A stretch of DNA of 23,746 bases from Chiloscyllium plagiosum (GCF_004010195.1 NC_057718.1:4881604-4905349); one strand, 5' to 3'; shown: positions 1 through 11,244, numbered from the stretch's first letter. The notes: generated by a model not told the origin, from the letters alone. Made by a program: numbers and translations.

Positions 1-58
1 ACACGCACACACATATACAAACACACACATGTACACACTCCTTACACACACACACACT
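1..58. repeat. (CA)n-type microsatellite, imperfect
   Basis: acac/cacat runs seen directly. Confidence 0.9.
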
Positions 59-618
59 GGCTTTTATTGGTAGAGGAATTGAGTTCCGGAGCCCTGAGGT
101 CATGTTGCAATTGTATAAGACTCTGGTGCGGCTGCATCTGGAGTATTGGGTGCAGTCTTGGTCGCCATACTATAGGAAGGATGATGAGGCACTGGAACGG
201 GTGCAGAGGAGGTTTACCAGGATGTTGCCTGGTATGGTACGAAGATCGTATGAGGAAAGGCTGAGGCACTTGGGGTTGTTTTCATTGGAGAAAAGAAGGT
301 TTAGGGGTGACTTGATAGAGGTGTACAAGATGATTAGGGGTTTAGATAGGGTTGACCATGAGAACCTTTTTCCACGTATGGAGTCAGCTATTACGAGGGG
401 GGATAGATTTAAATTAAGGGGTGGTAGGTATAGGACAGATGTTAGGGGTAGGTTCTTTACTCAGCGAGTCGTGAGTTCATGGAATGCCCTGCCAGTAGCA
501 GTGGTGGACTCTCACTCTTTAAGATAGGCATATGGCGGATAGTGGGCTAGTATAGGTTAGGTGGGCTTGGATCGGCGCAACATCGAGGGCCAAAGGGCCT
601 GTACTGCGCTGTATTTTT
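59..618 (+). mobile_element. CR1-clade LINE, 5'-truncated 3' fragment (ORF2 C-terminus plus 3'UTR)
   Basis: ORF 102-527 reads LYKTLVRLHLEYWVQSWSPYYRKD...LERVQRRFTRMLPG...YEERLRHLGLFSLEKRRFRGDLIEVYK, the CR1 ORF2 C-terminal signature. It ends in a gggccaaagggcctgtactgcgctgta 3'UTR. Confidence 0.95.
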
Positions 619-678
619 AATTAAAAAAAACACACACACACACAAACCTCCCCCCCACTCCACCCACACCCCTCCCCT

Positions 679-1030
679 GAAGCAGGGCTCCTGAGCTGGA
701 GCTCCTCCGTTCTAATAGCTCTTTTTTGTCCTTTTTTTCTCTTTTCATGTTCCTTTTTCCTTCATAATTATTTCCTTTATAATTATTCCCTATCCTTGGA
801 CAGCATCAGTGATGGTGAGCTGAGCCAGCACAGACTCAAGGGACTCCCGGCTTCAAGGTGAAGCCCAGCATGGACTAGGCTGCTTTTCTTTATTATTCTC
901 TTTTTATCTGCTTTAGAAGGTCTGTAGTGCTGAACTTCTAATGTTATTTCTTTATTTTTCTAATTTAAACCTAAGATTTTGTACCTCGGCACCTTTGTAT
1001 TTCAGATGATGCTGGAAATGGCGACATTCC
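679..1030 (+). mobile_element. Degenerate copy of an unnamed non-autonomous retroposon (same family as 4177-5511 and 15658-16430)
   Basis: Shares with the 4.2-5.5 kb copy the ctcctgag head, a CT-rich tract, ggacagcatc, gcccagcatgga, and the tail tgctgaactt...ttatttctttattt...ctaagattttgtacct..gcac.tttgta. Confidence 0.75.
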
Positions 1031-1045
1031 CTTGCCCTGTTCTCT

Positions 1046-1126
1046 CACAGACATACACACACACAAACACACAAACACACAAACAAACACACAAACACAA
1101 ACACACACGCACACACACACAGACAG
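1046..1126. repeat. (CA)/(CAAA) compound microsatellite
   Basis: acacacaaacac runs seen directly. Confidence 0.9.
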
Positions 1127-1359
1127 ATTAACAAAATTTCTGCAATTTTAATTTGAAAGAACTTTGTCCAGATATTAATGGAACTCATGACAAAAGTAAA
1201 AATTGAGGTTGTCTAAAACATTTTTCTGCTTCTGAAGATATTGTACTCATATAGCTGCTAGCAATGGGATTCCATCCTGGGAGAGTTAGATTTGGCTGCA
1301 TTCCCTTTGCTTTAGGCAGTGAGTAGATTCCAATGAATTATGGTCAGGGAGCACCCAAT

Positions 1360-1578
1360 GGGTAGTACGGTGGTTAGCACTGCTGCCTCACAGCACCAGG
1401 GACTTGGGTTCGATTCCAGCCTTGGGTGACTGTCGGTGTGGAGCTTGCACATTCTCCACTTTCCTGTGTGAGCTTCTAATGGGTGATCCAGTTTCCTACC
1501 ACAGCTCAAACTGTGTAGGTTTGGTGGATTGGTCATGCTAAATTGTCTGTAGTGTTCAGGGAATCCTAGGTTAGGCGC
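1360..1578 (+). mobile_element. HE1-type tRNA-derived shark SINE, diverged, cut by the gap
   Basis: tggttagcactgctgcctcacagcaccagggacttgggttcgattcc head with B box. Body aligns with the 11879-12195 copy. Confidence 0.9.
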
Positions 1579-1813
1579 NNNNNNNNNNNNNNNNNNNNNN
1601 NNNNNNNNNNNNNNNNNNNNNNNNNNNNNNNNNNNNNNNNNNNNNNNNNNNNNNNNNNNNNNNNNNNNNNNNNNNNNNNNNNNNNNNNNNNNNNNNNNNN
1701 NNNNNNNNNNNNNNNNNNNNNNNNNNNNNNNNNNNNNNNNNNNNNNNNNNNNNNNNNNNNNNNNNNNNNNNNNNNNNNNNNNNNNNNNNNNNNNNNNNNN
1801 NNNNNNNNNNNNN
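1579..1813. other. Assembly gap
   Basis: Run of N. Confidence 1.
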
Positions 1814-1880
1814 ACACACACACACAAACACACACACACATACACAAACACGCACAAACAAACACACAAACAAACACACA
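1814..1880. repeat. (CA)/(CAAA) microsatellite
   Basis: Seen directly. Confidence 0.9.
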
Positions 1881-1984
1881 GTCACATTTAAACACAGCAT
1901 TGAGAGACTGAAGCAAGATGCTGGAATTCTGAAATACAAACTGAAGTGGCTGCAAATGTTCACCATTGCAAACTCCCTGTTTAA

Positions 1985-2140
1985 ATGATCCCATGACAAG
2001 CTCATAATTACTCAGGGAGGAGGGAGTTCCCTTAGTGACCTCGCCAACGTTCCTTCCCCAACCAACACCAACAAAAATAGCACTGCTATTTCATTCCCTT
2101 AGAGCTCGTTAGTGGGATTTTGCTCAGAGTTAAATGGCTG
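1985..2140 (+). mobile_element. Ancient Deu-domain SINE fragment (SacSINE1/AmnSINE1-like)
   Basis: gatcccatg...agggagttc...gccaacgttccttcccaaccaacacca...gtgggattttgct...aaatggctg resembles the Deu-domain consensus as recalled. Confidence 0.55.
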
Positions 2141-2515
2141 TGAGTATGTGAGTGAGTTATGTATTTGTATATGTATATCAGTGTGTGTGTATGTGTGTAT
2201 CTGTACACATGTGTCTATCTGTCTGTGTGTATCTGAGTGTGTGTATCTGTATGTGTTTGTGTCTGTGTGTGTTTGAACATCTGTGTGTGAGTTTGTGTGT
2301 ATCTCTGTGTGACTGTGTGGGTGTATGTGTGTATCTGTGATGAGTTTATGATTATCTATGTTTCTGTGTATCTGAGTGTGTATGTTTGTGTGTGTGAATT
2401 TGTGTGTATCTGTGTGAGAATGTGAGTGTATGTATGTATTTGTGCATGTGAGTTTATGGGTATTGACATATGTATATCTGTGTGTGTGTGTGTGTCTGTC
2501 TGTCTGCGTGCTTTC
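2141..2515. repeat. Degenerate (GT)n/(GTAT/GTCT) low-complexity tract
   Basis: Seen directly; explains the T/H-rich and V/C-rich ORFs. Confidence 0.9.
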
Positions 2516-2555
2516 TCTCATTCAGAGCATGTCTAAGTGGGTTGTAATGTCTGGG

Positions 2556-2656
2556 TCTCATTCCTGATGAAGGGCCTTTGCCCAAAAGGTCAATTCTCCT
2601 GCTCATCAGATGCTGTCTGACCTGCTGAGCTTTTCCAGCCCCACTCTAATCTAGAC
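2556..2656 (+). mobile_element. Penelope-like element 3' terminal fragment with decayed hammerhead motif
   Basis: attc-CTGATGA-a-gggc-cttt-gccc-aaaa-ggtc followed by gatgctgtctgacctgctgagcttttccagc; homologous to the minus strand of 12455-12546. Confidence 0.85.
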
Positions 2657-2689
2657 CCATGTCTGGGCCTCAGCCTCATTTGAGACAGA

Positions 2690-2950
2690 ATCTTGAATAC
2701 ACATGAAAGGCGCTGGCAATGCCGTAGTGAAAGTGTGCTATACTGTCAGAGTGATCTTCCAGTTGACAGGTAAAAGCCTTCTCCTCTCAAGGAGATCACA
2801 AAGATCCCCAGATACTGTTCTGGTGAGGAGAGCTTGGCTACTTCTAGATCTGCTAGGGCCAATATTTCTTCCACAACCAACATCACTAAAACAGATGAAC
2901 TGGTTGTGGCTTATGGGAGCATAGCGGGGATGTCTTACAACATTCCAATT
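2690..2950 (+). mobile_element. Ancient Deu-domain SINE (SacSINE1-like), degenerate
   Basis: gtgctatactgtcaga...aaagatccc...gggccaatatttcttccacaaccaacatcactaaaacagatgaactggt...tgggagc. Confidence 0.65.
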
Positions 2951-3012
2951 CTCTGGGTGGTAACCTCAATGACTTCAGGATTTCCAAGCCACAGTTTATG
3001 CCTTAAATCTAG

Positions 3013-3090
3013 CTCAGCTGAAGGAGGGATTGAAGCCCAGGCTGTTGGCATCTGACCACACAGTAAGTGGGCTAACTGTTTCCTGGCCCC
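3013..3090 (-). mobile_element. Possible degenerate tRNA-derived SINE head
   Basis: Minus strand ggggccagg...gttagc...gccaacagcctgggcttcaatccc...cagctgag has an A/B-box-like layout. Confidence 0.35.
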
Positions 3091-3837
3091 GTTCTGCCAG
3101 TCACTCAGAGTCCTCATCTACCACAGTGTTAATGCCAAATCACAACCATCCCTGGCAACATGGGAATGACTGAACGCTTTTCACTATCAGTGTCATCTTA
3201 GTCATATCTAACTGAATCACAGAGAGAGATGTTTATTCAGCTCATGGAAGGGACTGTGCAAAACACGAATCAAGACTATCACAATACAGGACACTACCTC
3301 TCCATAACCAACCCTTACACATTGACTAAACTGCCCTGCAACATAGGCCTTTGTTCAGAGACTCATTATCAAGGGGCCTGTTTAGGAAGGGAAACCATGA
3401 GGTGTGGAGAGACACCTGCTCCTGACGCTTGCTGTACTCAGCTGTGACCCAGTTTAAACATTAACAGTGTGTTGGTCTGAAAGCCGTCACCTCCTGCAAA
3501 GAACTAGAAGAGATGGGCTGTTCAGGAACATCCGCCAAATGGTTACCTATAACTACAGTCAGACTGATATCCCTGAGAAACTGGGGGTCAGAGACAGGCA
3601 CATTTACAACAGACAGTTTGGTTGGAACCTTCAATTAGAGGCTGTGTTGTGTCCTGGAACTCCATCATAGAAAGCATTGAGGGTGATGTTGGAGGGAGAG
3701 CAAAGGCAGAAAATGATCTTTCACCTCTGATCTATTGTCATGAGCAGGTCAGAGTGGGTTCATTTGGTGTTCCTGAGTTTAGATGGACACAAATGTCCCA
3801 ATAAACAAGAAACAGGACAGTGGGAGGACGTCTGGAA

Positions 3838-3930
3838 TCTTTGCAGTGGTAGTGTTCCAGCCTCTGAGCCAAGAGGCCCAAGGTAAAGCTCTAGCTGCTT
3901 CCGAGGTGTGTAATAGAATTTCTGATTTGA
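3838..3930 (+). mobile_element. Short tRNA-derived SINE, degenerate (same family as 20572-20663)
   Basis: tgcagtggtagtgttccagcctctgagcc...gaggtgtgtaatag..ttctga is similar to the reverse complement of 20572-20663. Confidence 0.55.
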
Positions 3931-3999
3931 GCATATTTCACTTCCTGCTACCTCTTTCTCCATCCCTCCATTCCCTCCCTCATTCCTCCTTTTCTTTCC

Positions 4000-4170
4000 T
4001 TCTGGTCAAAATGATGAGGGATTTTGACGAGTTAGTAAGAAGTTGATTGTGGGAGAAAGCAGATGCTCAGTAATGCTCACAGATTGAAGATGATTACCAA
4101 TGAACCAGAAGGGCAGAGGACATTTGTCTACAAAGTGAGTTGCTACTATCTGAATGCAGATTGTAGAATG
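4000..4170 (+). mobile_element. Old CR1 3' region, part 1 (continues at 5512-5620 and 6351-6414)
   Basis: cacagattgaag...aaccagaagggcagagga...gagttg...atctgaatgca resumes as ctgtctgaaagg...gaagcagact, then ctctttcaaagagc...gaatggcct. This is collinear with a CR1 3' end split by two younger insertions. Confidence 0.55.
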
Positions 4171-4337
4171 CAGGGGAAAAGATGACGATGGAGTAGCGCT
4201 CCTGAGACAGATCTCATCCACTCTAACTGCTTTTCTTTTCTTCTTTCTTTCTCTCTCCTTGTTTTTTACTTTCTACCTTATATTTTTCTTACTTACCACT
4301 TGAGCTCGGACAGCATCGGCAACAGACCTCGGGTGAG

Positions 4338-4610
4338 CCCAGCGTGGAGGAGAGTAGGCCCAGTGCGGAGGAGAGTAGGCCCAGCGTGGAGGAGATTAGG
4401 CCCAGCATGGAGGAGAGCAGGCCCAGTGTGGAGGAGAGCAGGCCCAGTGTGGAGGAGAGTAGGCCCAGTGTGGAGGAGAGAAGGCTCCACGTGGAGCAGA
4501 GAAGGCCCCAGGTGGAGGAGAGAAGGCCCAGCATGGAGGAGAGTAGGCCCAGTGCGGAGGAGAGTAGACCCAGTGTGGAGGAGAGCAGGCCCAGTGTGGA
4601 GGAGAGAAGG
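4338..4610. repeat. 21-bp minisatellite, 13 units (CCCAGTGTGGAGGAGAGTAGG)
   Basis: 273 bp / 21; gives the heptad ORFs SVEESRP and GLLSSTL. Confidence 0.95.
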
Positions 4611-4774
4611 CCCAAAAGATGACGATGGAGTAGCGCTCCTGAGACAGATCTCATCCACTCTAACTGCTTTTCTTTTCTTCTTTCTTTCTCTCTCCTTGTT
4701 TTTTACTTTCTACCTTATATTTTTCTTACTTACCACTTGAGCTCGGACAGCATCGGCAACAGACCTCGGGTGTG

Positions 4775-5215
4775 CCCAGCGTGGAGGAGAGTAGGCCCAG
4801 TGCGGAGGAGAGTAGGCCCAGTGTGGAGGAGATTAGGCCCAGCATGGAGTAGAGCAGGCCCAGTGTGGAGGAGAGTAGGCCCAGTGTGGAGGAGAGTAGG
4901 CCCAGTGTGGAGGAGAGAAGACTCCACGTGGAGCAGAGAAGGCCCCAGGTGGAGGAGAGAAGGCCCAGCATGGAGGAGAGTAGGCCCAGTGTGGAGGAGA
5001 AAAGGCCCAGTGCGGAGGAGAGTAGGCCCAGTGTGGAGGAGAGCAGGCCCAGCTTGGAGGAGAGCAGGCTCAGCATGGAGGAGAGTAGGCCCAGCATGGA
5101 GGAGAGTAGGCCCAGCGTGGAGGAGAGTAGGCCCAGTGTGGAGGAGAGAAGGCCCCACGTGGAGCAGAGAAGGCCCCAGGTGGAGGAGAGAAGGCCCAGC
5201 ATGGAGGAGAGTACA
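4775..5215. repeat. 21-bp minisatellite, 21 units plus ~2 degenerate units to ~5256
   Basis: 441 bp / 21; same unit as 4338-4610. Confidence 0.95.
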
Positions 5216-5623
5216 CCCAGCGCAGGGAGATAAGGCCCATCCCATGGGAGAGCAAGCCCTCTTGGGGAAAGCACAGCTTGGAGCATCTGCAACGCCCATT
5301 GCTTCAGAACTTTTAACTGTATTTTTCTTCCTTTTTACTAAGAAGACTGTCATGCTGAACTTTTAAGCTTATTTCTTTATTTCTGTAACTAAGATTTTGT
5401 ACCTGGGCACTTTGTACCTAAGATGATACTGTGTATGCGGTGACATTGTAAATTTTTCACTGTGCTCTTGTATACTGCACTTGAGTACTCGTGGCAATAA
5501 AAGCCTAAATCGCAATGTAACTGTCTGAAAGGCGGCAGAAGCAGACTAAATAATAATGTTCAAGGGAAACTTGGTTAGGTTCTGGAAAAATAATTACAAA
5601 AGCCACAGAGATCAATTGGACAA

Positions 5624-6346
5624 AGGGAGTGTTGCTGAACAAAGAGACCTTGGAGTGTAGGTTCATAGCTCTTTGAAAGTGGGAGTCACAGGTAGACATG
5701 ATGGTAAAGAAGGCATTTGGTATGCTTTCCTTTATTGGACAGAGCATCGAGTATAGGAATTGGAGTTCATGTTGCGGCTGTACAGGACATTGGTTAGGCC
5801 ACGTTTGGAATATTGTGTTCAATTCTGGTCTCCTTCCTGTCGGAAAGATGTTGTGAAACTTGAAAGGGTTCAGAAGAGATTTACAAGGATGTTGCCAAGT
5901 TTGGAGGATTTGAGCTACAGGGAGAGGCTGAATAGGCTGGGGCTGTTTTCCCTGGAGCTTTGGAGGCTGAGGAGTAACCTTATAGAGATTTATAAAATCA
6001 TGAGGGGCACAGATAGGATAAATAGACAAGGACTTTTTCCCTGAGGTGGAGGAGTCCAAAATGAGAGGACAGAGGTTTAGGGTAAGAGAGGAAAGATATA
6101 AAAGGGACCTAAGAGGTAGCTTTTTCACACAGAGGGAGGTGTATGGAACGAGCTGCCAGAGGAACTGTTGGAGGCTAGTACAGTTACAACAGTTAAAAGA
6201 CGTTCAGATAAGTACATGAATAGGAAAGATTTAGAGGGATATGGGCCAGAAGCAGGTAAGTGGGACTTGTTTAGTTTGGGGTTATGTTCGGCATGGGCTG
6301 GTTGGACTGAAGGGTCTGTTTCCATGCTGTATGACTCTATGACTCC
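5624..6346 (+). mobile_element. CR1-clade LINE 3' fragment
   Basis: LYRTLVRPRLEYCVQFWSP...LERVQKRFTRMLP...YRERLNRLGLFSLE; ends with a (tatgactc)n tail. Confidence 0.95.
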
Positions 6347-6929
6347 ATGAACTCTTTCAAAGAGCTTGCAGAGACAGGATGGGGTGAATGGCCTGTCACT
6401 GTATCCTTCTATAATAGAGACTGACTGGCTTTGGTTGATTAACAACAGAGTCCATCGCAGCTGTCTGAACACTGCTCGTTACCTTTCCAAACCAACATGG
6501 CTGAAGAGTGATTTGTCAGGACTTGCCTGAAGCAGCTGGCAGGAATTCTTCCTGTTCCTACAGGCTCTGGGGAGAAGCAGATGCTGGTGGGATTGTTTTG
6601 TTTAAAGGGATGCAGCGTTTACATGTCAATGGGGAAAGGTACAGGAGCTGGGTTGGGTCAGAGTGAGTGAGTCACTGATGAAGTGTCTGTCAGCCAAAAC
6701 TCCACAGCTTTAGCCTCCAGTAAATGGGACTGACTGGCTCAGAGTCAAACGCAGTATGTTTCACCCACTCTCTGATGATCAAGTGACGGGGAAGTTTTCT
6801 GTATGTGAACTCTAACATCTTTTACATTCTTATTACAACACAGACTTACTGAAAATAAAACGAGTTATTGGAATTCAGACAAGTCACAAGAATGTTTTGA
6901 GATCAAGTTAGAAAGATAGGTTGAAGGAA

Positions 6930-7261
6930 AGATTACAGATTACAGATTTTTTTACAGATTACATTACAGTGTGGAAACAGGCCCTTCGGCCCAACAAGTC
7001 CACACCGACCCACCGAAGCGCAACCCACCCGTACCCCTACATTTACCCCTTACCTAACACTACGAGCAATTTAGCATGGCCAATTCACCTGACCTGCACA
7101 TCTTTGGACTGTGGGAGGAAACCGGAGCACCTGGAGGAAACCCATGCAGACACGGGGAGAACGTGAAAACTCCACACAGTCAGTCGCCTGAGGCTGGAAT
7201 TGAACCCGGGTCTCTGGCGTTGTGAGGCAGCAGTGCTAACCACTGTGCCACCGTGCCGCCC
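6930..7261 (-). mobile_element. HE1-type SINE, full length, young
   Basis: Minus strand gggcggcacggtggcacagtggttagcactgctgcctcac...gggttcaattcc; CR1-like 3' tail with (tgtaatc)n; near-identical to 11879-12195. Confidence 0.95.
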
Positions 7262-7541
7262 AGTGACAAAGAGGGTGACAGATATGAGAGCAGGGAAGGA
7301 ACAAAGAGTTGAGATGCTGTTTTATACTGAGGATAATCTCTGGCATGGACGGATTGAGCAGAGTCCCTTCATTACCAGGTTGTAAATACTTTGCCTGATC
7401 ATTACAATGGGTTGTGTGACAAGAGTTGATTTGCCGAGGGATTTTCCTGCAGAGTTTTGCTCCACAGTACCAGTAGAGGTTTGGATGATGTATAATCACA
7501 GAATTCCCAGGCATCCTCACCAGTTATGGCTTTATGATGCT

Positions 7542-8196
7542 GAGTTATAGAGTCATACAGCATGGAAACAGACCCTTAGGTCCAATCAGTCCATGCCGAA
7601 CATAATCCCAAATTAAACTCGTCCCAACTGCCTACTCCTGGCCAATATCTCTCCAAACCTTTCCTATTCATGTATTTATCAAGTGTCTTTTAAACATTGT
7701 AATTGTACTTACACCCACCACTTCCTCAGGAAGTTCATTCCACACGTAAACAACCCTCTCTGAGAGACAAAAAATTGTCTCTCATGTCTTGTTAAAATCT
7801 CTCTCCTCTCACCTTAAAAATGTGCCCCCTGATTTTGAATCTCCTATTCTAGGGAAAAGGTGACTACCATTAACCCTGTCTATACCCCTCATCCTGGTAA
7901 GTTTCTTCTAAATCCTCTCCAGCTTAACTATATTCTTCCTATAACAGGGCGACCAGAACTGGAGACAGTATTCCAGAAGAGGCCTCACCAAAGTCCTGTA
8001 CAACCTCAATATGATGTTCCAGCTCCTATACTCAAAGAACACAGCAATGAGGGCAAGCGTGCTAAATGCTTTTTAACCACTCTGTCTATACGTGATGCAA
8101 ACTTCAAAGAGATATGTACCTGATCCCCTATGTCCCTCTGTTTAACAATACTACCCATGGCCCTTCCATTAACTGTATAAGTCCTGCCCTTGTTTT
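7542..8196 (-). mobile_element. CR1-clade LINE 3' fragment with an internal deletion near 7890
   Basis: Reverse complement of the family at 5624-6346 (gagtcatacagcatggaaacagaccc...gaccagaact...ctcaccaaagtcctgtacaac). Confidence 0.9.
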
Positions 8197-8547
8197 GATG
8201 TGCCTGAGGGTGTGGTCTGGTGGTGACCAGCTCTCGCTGACCATATTGCCAGAATTCCAGGAGGCTTGTGTGAGCTGTTCAGATGCTGTATGCAAACCCC
8301 ATCCCTCCATCAGCCACACTGTCTGGGTAAATGTTACCATCGAATCACAAAAATGGCCAATTGCTTTTTTTTATTGCCCCTCTGTGCAATAAGAAGCTTC
8401 CACCTGGTCTATTTAGTAAACTCCAAAATAATCTGCTTAGTTTGAACAAAAGCTACCCATTAAACAAGTGGGAAACATTGGTTAATATCTAAGGGACACA
8501 GTCAGAATTACATCTATATCCCTCTTTCATTCCAAACACACAGGGTC

Positions 8548-8626
8548 TGGGTGGCATGCTCTTCAGGCGGTTGGTGTGGACTCGATGGGCCGAATGGCCT
8601 GCTTCCACTGTTGGGATTCTATGATT
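8548..8626 (+). mobile_element. CR1/HE1-type 3' tail fragment
   Basis: ggtgtggactcgatgggccgaatggcctgcttccactg..ggattctatgatt. Confidence 0.75.
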
Positions 8627-9149
8627 TAATCCCCTGATTTACTGAGGATCTAAACCAAGGGATAGAACTGGATAAATTCTCACAACTCTATGACTCTATG
8701 ATCCTATAACCCACTGAATTTCATAATGACAAAATCAAATTCCAGACAACTGTTGACTGATGGTAAAATTTCAGTTCAAATTAAAGGCAAGAGGGATCTA
8801 AATTTTGGGAAAATGGCCACAGTTCAGCTTCTCAGGTATCCCAAGGTAATCAGAAACACTGGCATTTCAAAACTTTATCAGGATTCCCACTTAGAGAGCG
8901 CGATACGGAGAGAGACTTGCAGTTCCTGGGGTTTCTTCCTCACTGACTAACATCTGTGGAAACAGTAAAGTGTTCAGAAACATTTGCTAGATAAACATTA
9001 GCATATTAAGACTCTCTATTACTCTCAAAATCACACTAGGCAAGAATTAAGGACCATTTCTTATCTCCTTGAAAGCTTTGTTGGTCTTCTTTCCAGAGTC
9101 AGTTTACTGGTACCTGGGTTGAAATCCCAATCAGGGGACAGTACTTTTT

Positions 9150-9268
9150 ATATTTAAGATAGCGACAGATAGATTCCTATTAGGCCCAAATGGAATCAAA
9201 GATTGACAGGGGAAATCTCAACACAGACAGACCAGCCGTGATCTTATTGAATAGGGGAGCAGGCTAAA
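9150..9268 (+). mobile_element. Degenerate CR1 3' fragment
   Basis: tatttaaga...agatagattc...ggaatcaaag...cagccgtgatcttattgaat.gggagcaggct resembles 19983-20100. Confidence 0.55.
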
Positions 9269-9659
9269 TAATGGTGCCTCCTTACCCTTCATTGACTTGT
9301 CCTTGTGTTTAATGTATTATGAGGCTGTTTCTTACCTTTGACTTACATTTCTGGACAAGGTTCTACTAATCTCAACTTGGTTTTGACATTCCTCCCAGTG
9401 TCAGAATAATATTGATTCAAGACCTAAGCTCAAGGGCAGAATTCCCATAACACTGTTTGATTGTTCAGTGTTTGGTTATGCGTCTGTGTTGAGCACACAC
9501 TATATTTAATCAATTAAACCTGGGCTTAGATAAAGGAACTAAACTAGTAAGCTGATGTAAGTAAGTGAGAGTAGAGATCTTAAAGCATAGGGAAGCCGTG
9601 TGTGAGACACATGGAGACTGGTTCCCCATCTCTGCTTATCTCTGAACCACATAACTCCA

Positions 9660-9952
9660 TAACTCCCCAGTGCAGAACGGAGGGAATGCTGCACGGGTGG
9701 TGGTACTGTCTTTTATTCAAGACAGGAAAATAAGGACCTCTTGGCTCTCTCGGATGTGTGCAGAAACTTCCATGGAACTATCATCGAGCATAGCCAGAGA
9801 GCTTCCTGCTATCCTGGATGTTATTTTCTCATGCGTTGTGGGAGCTTGCTGTGTACTATCTGACAGCTATGTTTTCTGCCTTGCAACATTTATAGTACAG
9901 TGATTCGGATGCCCTAAAGGTCATGAGAGATGCTATGTCAATGCACCTTTCT
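9660..9952 (+). mobile_element. Ancient Deu-domain SINE (SacSINE1-like)
   Basis: ccagtgcagaacggagggaatgctgcac...ccatggaactat...tgtgggagcttgctgtgt...ggtcatgagagatgctatgtcaatgca. Confidence 0.7.
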
Positions 9953-10279
9953 GTTCCACTTTGTTATCACTGTCACCTTTCTCCCTCAATGGCTTAATGT
10001 ACACTTTGTAAAATTATACAAACCCCATTTGATGCCGAACAATTACAAACGCCTGGGGTGCGTAGTAGTTGGAAACTGAAGTGTGGAGTGCTCATGTTGC
10101 AGGCTGGAGAGTTCAGGAAGACTTTTCCTCGTGTTGGGTTTACAAAAGAGTCAAATCAGGAGGAGTTGTGACGAAGGGATGAAGTGGGTTAAAGATAGTC
10201 TAGTCTTGTACCTGCCCACTGTGCACAGTAAATGTTTCAGTCAGTGGATTAACATTCCAGAGTCCGAGATGTAGAGTTC

Positions 10280-10338
10280 AGAGTCACAGATTCACTGAGA
10301 CCTACAACACAGATAAAGGCCCTTCAGCCCATCGAATC
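10280..10338 (-). mobile_element. CR1 3' tail remnant
   Basis: agagtcacag...tacaacacagataaaggcccttcagcccatcga. Confidence 0.55.
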
Positions 10339-11244
10339 AAAAACAAGCAACAAGCTATTCAATATGAGACATGTGCTCAAATTCCTCTGTCGTTACTGTA
10401 CAGACCCATCACTTTTAAAAAATGATCTGGATTTCCTAATGACTGGTGGGAAGAATCAGCAACAAGATTTCACATTTTAAAGCTCTTACTGGAACATTGA
10501 CTAAACATTACCTCCAGCCAACTACTACACTCATCGATAGTCAAGGCACTCCCCATTCACTTCTGAATATAACTGAAAGGCCTACACCACACTTACACAA
10601 TACACCACACTCTCAGGAAAAACGTAGTTTCATGTCGCAAAGTCTGAACTTGTCCCTGACTTCAACAGGATGTCCTTACTCCATCCCTGTAGGGGAAATC
10701 AGTCAGTGAGAGATTCTGCTGCGCTTACACAGTCTCAGATACTCGTGACCCCTGGCCCACAGCAAAGCAGCTGACCTTTACCCTCTCTGTAATATGGCTG
10801 AATGCATCGTCCTGCCGTATCAAACTGCTACAGGAAACACCATGAATAAAGCAAGGACCACCTAAGCTCAGTCCAGTCAATGATAACCCTCAGGGTCTCC
10901 GGCACTGAACATGACAACAGTGGGTGGCACATTGTCTGGAAAATGCTGGTGAAAGATAATATTGGAAAGACAGATGAAATCAAAGCTTCAGGACTGACAC
11001 ACGAGAAATCCAAATTTAGATGGGGAACATCAATTTCTACAGCACGAGAAGAGAATGCTGATTGGTTGGACCATGATTAGCATTGATATCCAGCAGGAAT
11101 AGTCCTGGTCAACCTGAGTCAGCTGATCTGCTCCAACCAGACAGTGAGAGTCTGGTTAGGGCTGAGAGGGAATGTAACCAGGATTGGCAGACTCTATAAC
11201 TCTTCCTTCAATGAAAAATGCTCTATTCAGACAAGAATAGTTGC

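Larger units (their letters stand above)
4177..5511 (+). mobile_element. Unnamed non-autonomous retroposon with a duplicated 5' half (437-bp period) and an internal 21-bp minisatellite
   Basis: Head aaaagatgacgatggagtagcgctcctgag at 4177 and 4614; CT-rich tract; tail ttttcactgtg...gagtactcgtggcaataaa (AATAAA 5496-5501). Confidence 0.8.

Noticed and set aside
1312..2521. ORFs of 140-185 aa
   Set aside because: They are translations of N runs and CA/GT microsatellites.
4338..5215. CRISPR-like array
   Set aside because: Units are contiguous with no unique spacers, there are no cas genes, and the context is vertebrate.
4289..5366. Long heptad-repeat ORFs on both strands (SVEESRP, GLLSSTL, WRRVGPV)
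   Set aside because: A 21-bp unit without stops opens nearly all frames. It lies inside a dispersed repeat, and one frame is broken by a TAG.
7190..7261. tRNA genes at the HE1 heads (also 1360, 11879, 12964)
   Set aside because: They continue into SINE body and LINE-derived tail, so they are SINE heads.
8198..8392. Faintly Ig-like peptide (LSLTI...VSC...HPSIS...VNVT)
   Set aside because: No canonical Cys/Trp spacing or splice acceptor, and the ORF starts inside a CR1 fragment.
10217..10230. CACTGTG-CACAGTA resembling a V(D)J signal joint
   Set aside because: No nonamer at 12 or 23 nt on either side; it is only a 12-bp palindrome.
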